From: an uncultured Nitrospiraceae bacterium
Lineage (GTDB): Bacteria > Nitrospirota > Thermodesulfovibrionia > Thermodesulfovibrionales > Dissulfurispiraceae
Length of the DNA stretch: 64,000 bases
Direction: 5' to 3'
Assembly: GCA_963727805.1 (NCBI GenBank)
Contig: CAVSHF010000005.1
Span: 320,001-384,000 of the forward strand
Below the pieces are notes generated by a model that ran no database searches, was not told where the DNA came from, and saw nothing but the letters and a program-made list of their open reading frames with translations. Of this stretch, positions 59,430 to 64,000 are shown piece by piece (the first letter of the stretch is position 1; each line of letters begins with the position of its first letter). Both the position numbers and the translations under genes were made by a program.

Positions 59430-59500
59430 GAACACCCTATTGATGATTACCGCTATACCATTCAGTGTGTTTAGGATGCCCTCTCACGATAATTTATGTG
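59430..59500 (+). repeat. Degenerate junction repeat, partial copy abutting the IS
   Basis: GATGATTACCGCTATACCATTCAGTGTGTTTAGGATGCCCTCTCACGATAATT resembles 14229-14283 and 38515-38568. Confidence 0.62.
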
Positions 59501-59506
59501 AGCTAT

Positions 59507-60831
59507 CAGAAGTGTCCCAACGTTTAATGACGGATTGAGTTTAACATATTGAAATAACATATGGAATTGATAATGGAGCACGAAAACGACTTGAAAAGAA
59601 GTTTGGGCATCCGTCATTCTCGTGGTAACAAACACGAGGAGCGTACCCATGTATACAGGCAAGCTGATTTTCTCTCAGGTCGTCGAACACATACCACTAC
59701 CAGCCTTTCATCGGAGCGTCAACCGTTATCGTGGGAATTACAAGATCAAAGACTTCACTTGTCTGGATCAGTATCTATGCATGGCCTTTGCGCAACTGAC
59801 CTATCGGGAAAGTCTGAGAGATATCGAATCGTGCCTTCGATCTCAAAGAAGCAAACTCTATCACATGGGCATTCGTGGCAATGTATCCAGAAACACCTTG
59901 GCCAACGCCAACAAGGTAAGGGACTGGCGCATCTATGCCGACTTCGCTCATTGCCTGATTCAGAAAGCCCGTGCACTTTATTTGGACGAAGACTTCGGCG
60001 TGCAACTGGATCAGACGGTATACGCACTGGATGCAACGACTATCGACCTGTGTCTATCAGTATTCCCATGGGCGCATTTTCGTCAGACAAAGGCTGCAGT
60101 CAAGCTCCATACGCTACTGGATCTTCGCGGCAACATCCCAACGTTCATTCATATAAGCGATGGCAAGATGCACGAAGTAAATATTCTGGATTGTCTTGTT
60201 ATAGAGCCAGGAGCATTCTACATAATGGACCGAGGATATCTGGATTTTGCCAGACTGTATATGTTGCATTTGAGCAGGGCGTTCTTCGTCACCCGAGGCA
60301 AATCCAATTTCAAATTTCGCAGACAGTATTCCCATCCTGTAGATCGGACAACGGGGCTTATCTGCGATCAAAGCGGTACGCTAACCGGATTCTATTCGGC
60401 CTCTCACTATCCGGAGAAAATTCGCAAGATCAAATATCACGACGCCGAATTGGACAAGACTCTGGTATTTCTTACCAACAATTTCACGCTTCCAGCAATG
60501 ACGATAGCTCAACTATATCGATGCCGGTGGCAGGTGGAACTCTTTTTCAAGTGGATCAAACAGAACCTCAGAATCAAGAGTTTCTACGGAACAAGCGACA
60601 ATGCAGTCAAAACTCAGGTTTGGATCGCCGTATCGATATATGTTCTGGTGGCGATCATAAAGAAACGTCTCAAATTACAGGCAAGTCTCTATACGATTCT
60701 ACAGATATTGAGCGTGACCATGTTTGAGAGAACACCTTTAATACAGATACTTACAGATACACAGATCGGCGATAACGACACGTTGTCCGAGAACCAGTTG
60801 ATATTGTTCGATTAACGTTGGGACGCTTCTG
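59507..60831 (+). mobile_element. IS4-family insertion sequence, 1325 bp
   Basis: Terminal inverted repeats CAGAAGTGTCCCAACGTT and AACGTTGGGACGCTTCTG (17/18 match) flank a DDE transposase. Confidence 0.92.
59649..60815 (+). CDS. IS4-family transposase (DUF4372-like N-terminus plus DDE domain)
   Basis: FAQLT.RESLRDI, D.TTI, K.H, DRGY and Y(2)R(3)E(6)K signature YRCRWQVELFFKWIK. Confidence 0.95.
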   Translation: MYTGKLIFSQVVEHIPLPAFHRSVNRYRGNYKIKDFTCLDQYLCMAFAQLTYRESLRDIESCLRSQRSKLYHMGIRGNVSRNTLANANKVRDWRIYADFAHCLIQKARALYLDEDFGVQLDQTVYALDATTIDLCLSVFPWAHFRQTKAAVKLHTLLDLRGNIPTFIHISDGKMHEVNILDCLVIEPGAFYIMDRGYLDFARLYMLHLSRAFFVTRGKSNFKFRRQYSHPVDRTTGLICDQSGTLTGFYSASHYPEKIRKIKYHDAELDKTLVFLTNNFTLPAMTIAQLYRCRWQVELFFKWIKQNLRIKSFYGTSDNAVKTQVWIAVSIYVLVAIIKKRLKLQASLYTILQILSVTMFERTPLIQILTDTQIGDNDTLSENQLILFD

Positions 60832-60956
60832 GTCGGGTATATGCACTTTATCCTCCTCTAGAATTTGAATGTAATGCCTGCCAGTATTGTATTGTCAATT
60901 AGGACGTTGTCATTCCTCTGTACCTTCTTTCCGGTGAGACAGCTTGCGCTGGCAAA

Positions 60957-61664
60957 TCATTTGTCTAGATGAAAAGAAATCGGTACATTCACCCATTCTT
61001 CAAAAGGAGTATCTCCTTGACGTGCCGCAATGAAACGCCATTTTTTTACCGCCTCAACAGCGGTTCTATCAAGTAGGTCGTGACCTGAAGACTTGCCCAC
61101 ATCAATCTTGAGAGGATGGCCTTCGCGGCTTACAAGCACCTTCAGCATTACCGTTCCTTCTATTCCCATCCGTCTCGCAAAAGCCGGATAAATAGGTTTA
61201 GGATTGTTTAAATAGGCAGCCCCAAACTGGGGAGGCGTGATTGACACGCTGGAGACGCTGGGTCCTTTAGCTGATCCCGCAGTGTATGCAGATGTTTTAT
61301 TGCTGTTGTCTGACTGTACCCTTGATTCAGGTAGTGATACTGCTGGCGCGGCGGGAGCCGCCACCGAAGCTATAGCTTGGGGTTCAGAGCGTATTTGTTT
61401 GGGAGGTTGTGTTGCCGGTTGACGTATCGGCTTGGGAACTGACGGTTTAGGAATGGCTGTATGTTTGATGGATGCTGGTATCTCAACCAGTTGTGCATCT
61501 ATAGGGTTGAGCGGTATTGATTGCTCAGCCATATGGCCAAGCAATAACCCGACTCCCCACATCATAAAACCCCATAGGATCAAAGATGCAATTAAGACGA
61601 AGGGGAAGCGTCGCCAGGGATTATCAATATCCTCAAATTGAAGCGATGACTGATTTCTATTCAT
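60957..61664 (-). CDS. tonB: Energy transducer TonB
   Basis: N-terminal TM, Pro-rich linker and TonB C-terminal domain (YP..ARR.G.EG.V). Confidence 0.9.
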   Translation of the reverse strand: MNRNQSSLQFEDIDNPWRRFPFVLIASLILWGFMMWGVGLLLGHMAEQSIPLNPIDAQLVEIPASIKHTAIPKPSVPKPIRQPATQPPKQIRSEPQAIASVAAPAAPAVSLPESRVQSDNSNKTSAYTAGSAKGPSVSSVSITPPQFGAAYLNNPKPIYPAFARRMGIEGTVMLKVLVSREGHPLKIDVGKSSGHDLLDRTAVEAVKKWRFIAARQGDTPFEEWVNVPISFHLDK

Positions 61665-62061
61665 TATATTTAACAGCTATCAGAAAATGCTCTGCTCCGG
61701 CAAGATGTGCCTGAAGCATGGCCTGGACTACCACACCCTGTGGTGCTGCATTATCAGCTGCAACAACAATGTTGCCATTTGAACTCTTGAGCATAGGCTG
61801 TAGAGTCCCCGCAAGCGTTTCGAGGCTAACGGGGGTGCTATTCAACAGGATTTCACTGTTCTTTGTCACGGTCAATGTTAAAGATGTCGTAGACTGAAGT
61901 GGTTCAGCCTTACCTTTGGGCAAATTGACGGGCAATGAATGTAGGTTTTGCAAAGAGAGTGATGCCAGCATAAATGTTGCTAGAAGAAAGAACATCACAT
62001 CTATCATGGGTATGATTTCTATCCGCCCGCGTCGCGATTGTCGCGACTTACGCAGTTTCAT
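61657..62061 (-). CDS. exbD: Biopolymer transport protein ExbD
   Basis: IEIIPMIDVMFFLL, VNLP and AD motifs. Confidence 0.92.
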   Translation of the reverse strand: MKLRKSRQSRRGRIEIIPMIDVMFFLLATFMLASLSLQNLHSLPVNLPKGKAEPLQSTTSLTLTVTKNSEILLNSTPVSLETLAGTLQPMLKSSNGNIVVAADNAAPQGVVVQAMLQAHLAGAEHFLIAVKYNE

Positions 62062-62704
62062 GGAGCACAACCTCCTGTCCATTCTGATCCATGCGGATAT
62101 GATCTATGAGTCGTGTGCCAAGTCGTTCCATCTCATCCATTGTCTTTGATTGCAGATGAGAAAAGAAATTAAATGAAAACAGGGCCACGATGGCTATGAT
62201 AAGACCAAAAGTAGTTGCAATTAAGGCCTGAGCTACGCCACCGGTAATTCCGGTAGGATTGACCAGACCACTGCCTCCAATCAACCTGAATGACTCCATC
62301 ATCCCGATAATTGTACCTACAAGCCCCAGAAGCGGCGCCGCCGTCACAATGGTTTCCAATACCCATAGCCCTCTATGCAGTGCTTTTTCTATCAATTGTG
62401 CCTCGTCAGCTGCCCGAGACTCGACCCACCATGCTGGGTTCACCCGGTTTGCAACAATTACCTGAAAGAAACGCCCGTAATAGCTTCCCGGGGCAAGAGA
62501 CTTCATCTGTTCATCTAAGTCTGTCCATGAAAAACTATAGGTCTCAATCAGCAACAACAGAGATTCGGACATCCTGACATAGCGTCGGTATACAAAAGCT
62601 TTATCCAGAGAAATCACTAATGTTGCTACACCTAAGACAAAAAGCGGATACACCGCCATACCGCCAAATTGCAAAGTATTTAATGCGTTAAGCAAAGCTT
62701 GCAT
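62048..62704 (-). CDS. exbB: MotA/TolQ/ExbB proton channel
   Basis: APLLGLVGTI.GM and G.AQALIAT..GL motifs. Confidence 0.92.
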   Translation of the reverse strand: MQALLNALNTLQFGGMAVYPLFVLGVATLVISLDKAFVYRRYVRMSESLLLLIETYSFSWTDLDEQMKSLAPGSYYGRFFQVIVANRVNPAWWVESRAADEAQLIEKALHRGLWVLETIVTAAPLLGLVGTIIGMMESFRLIGGSGLVNPTGITGGVAQALIATTFGLIIAIVALFSFNFFSHLQSKTMDEMERLGTRLIDHIRMDQNGQEVVLHETA

Positions 62705-62964
62705 ACTGCCACTCCTTCATGTCGTGTATTTTTAGTAAGGTTGGTCGGCAAATCGCGACAATTATCTCTATTATATAACGATCGGGGATACGGAATCTCT
62801 TTGAACTGTCTCTAATCACCCCTTTCTCTGTCTTGATGACAGAATCTTTGAATCCACTACTTTGAATTAATTCGAGCGCAGCTTCTAATATCCTGGTCAT
62901 ACTAAGCGCTATCAATACGCGTTAAATGCACTCTTATACGCGCCGGGAATCCCTCTTTCAAATG

Positions 62965-62994
62965 TGGGGTGCGCGCTGGAGTACGCGCACCCCA
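62965..62994 (-). terminator. GC-rich hairpin between the TBDR gene and exbB
   Basis: Perfect 11-bp stem TGGGGTGCGCG/CGCGCACCCCA. Confidence 0.55.
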
Positions 62995-63069
62995 GGAGGA
63001 GGCAGCAGATGTTACCATCCGTCGCCTTAGGGAGCTCTGAAATTATAAGCATCTTTTTTGACACGCTGC

Positions 63070-64000
63070 CTAAAAGTTATATACGAGGCTTAAACGAACG
63101 TTGAAAGGTTCTACCGGTTTGAAGTGGATATCATTAACTGCTGCGCCCGCTGGTTCAGTAGACAGTCTGGATGCATAATAATATTCGATATCGCTGGTCT
63201 TTGCATTAAGCAGATTAAACCCCTGCAACGTTGCCGTCAAATATTTTGAGAATTTATATCCTACTTGCCCTTCCAGTGTAGTCGAGGATTTTGAACGTTG
63301 GCTATTGTCCTCAATAAGAGCATAGGGGCCGAGATAGCGCAGCCGAAGGGAACCGAAATAAGGCCCCAAAGCGTGTACCGATACGCCGAGGGAGCCAACG
63401 CCCTCATTCGCTCCCGGGATGTGATCTTTTATTGTAGGGTCCGTTGGATCCGGAGCAGTGAAGCGCGCCACAGTATAAGAAAAATCTGCGTCTATTGTCA
63501 GCCAACGCACAGGGGTATAATAATTGGCAAATTCAAAACCTCTGCGCCGGCTTGGCCGTCCAGGCGAGGTCTCACCTTTATCGCCGTCCCACTGAAGTTC
63601 TGAATCGAAATCCAGTTGAAAAAATGTCAGTGAACTCTGCAGCCCGGGGACTATAACAGTGCGCGCGCCAACCTCGTATCCCTTGGAGCGAACAAGCGGT
63701 TGTACCTTTTGATTCGGGCCTGCCGTTGGGTCGCTTACAGGTACCGAGGTATCGATAGCACTGCGACCGTCATTACTGTGAAAGCCTTCTCCCACATTTA
63801 TGTAGAACTCTGTTTTTGCCCAAGGCCCGAATATCAGGCTTAACTTGGGACTAGCTATGCCGTCTGAGGTCTTACCTGAATTGGCTGTCGCAGCATAGTC
63901 GTTTATCCAGATGAAATCGCCGCGCATACCAGCAACTGTACGAAACTTTTCAAACCAATGAATAGTGTCTTGAAAATACGCCGATGCCATTTTTTCGATC
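63070..64000 (-). CDS. TonB-dependent outer-membrane receptor, C-terminal part (5' end outside the window)
   Basis: G.R.D, SPK, GFHSND, FNLLN and terminal YNF; the frame is open to the window edge. Confidence 0.92.
   Translation of the reverse strand, partial: IEKMASAYFQDTIHWFEKFRTVAGMRGDFIWINDYAATANSGKTSDGIASPKLSLIFGPWAKTEFYINVGEGFHSNDGRSAIDTSVPVSDPTAGPNQKVQPLVRSKGYEVGARTVIVPGLQSSLTFFQLDFDSELQWDGDKGETSPGRPSRRRGFEFANYYTPVRWLTIDADFSYTVARFTAPDPTDPTIKDHIPGANEGVGSLGVSVHALGPYFGSLRLRYLGPYALIEDNSQRSKSSTTLEGQVGYKFSKYLTATLQGFNLLNAKTSDIEYYYASRLSTEPAGAAVNDIHFKPVEPFNVRLSLVYNF

Noticed and set aside
59561..60727. 388-aa overlapping ORF in the IS
   Set aside because: Alternative frame of the transposase with no motifs.
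62688..62915. 75-aa ORF between the TBDR gene and exbB
   Set aside because: TTG start without a clear RBS and no recognisable family.
1..64000. CRISPR array, rRNA, phage structural or integrase genes
   Set aside because: No regularly spaced identical repeats, rRNA-like sequence or integrase motifs were seen.

Overview
Bacterial chromosome segment. The gene set and order suggest an anaerobic Gram-negative organism such as a Nitrospirota or Desulfobacterota member; this is inference only. Bases 1-9.6 kb are core genome: mraZ-rsmH-ftsL-ftsI, bioF-gpsA-larB, MFS-tsaB-rimI-FmdB, then tRNA-Val(TAC) and tRNA-Asp(GTC). From the tRNA-Asp 3' end to the window edge lies a mosaic accessory region. Its modules are: a CHASE/PAS hybrid kinase; a sigma54 activator with an RND pump whose permease is fused to a TolC-like domain; glgP, a truncated glgX and an Mla/Pqi-type ABC system; a GrlR-like beta-barrel plus a DAC (DisA_N) protein; a redox module with a probable OsmC selenoprotein; cupins and PadR; msrP plus an MsrQ fused to an FAD/NAD(P)H/[2Fe-2S] reductase; a Fur-boxed CzcCBA-type RND system; a Zn/Mn ABC uptake operon behind a DUF2946 CxxC/RAPP leader; SCO, Cys-rich and Met/His-rich metal-binding proteins; an IS4-family element; and a TBDR-exbBD-tonB operon. 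The most unexplained signal is a family of degenerate ~130-250 bp repeats with no ORF conserved across copies, found in both orientations at most module junctions. All calls come from reading the sequence and motifs by eye; no searches were run.
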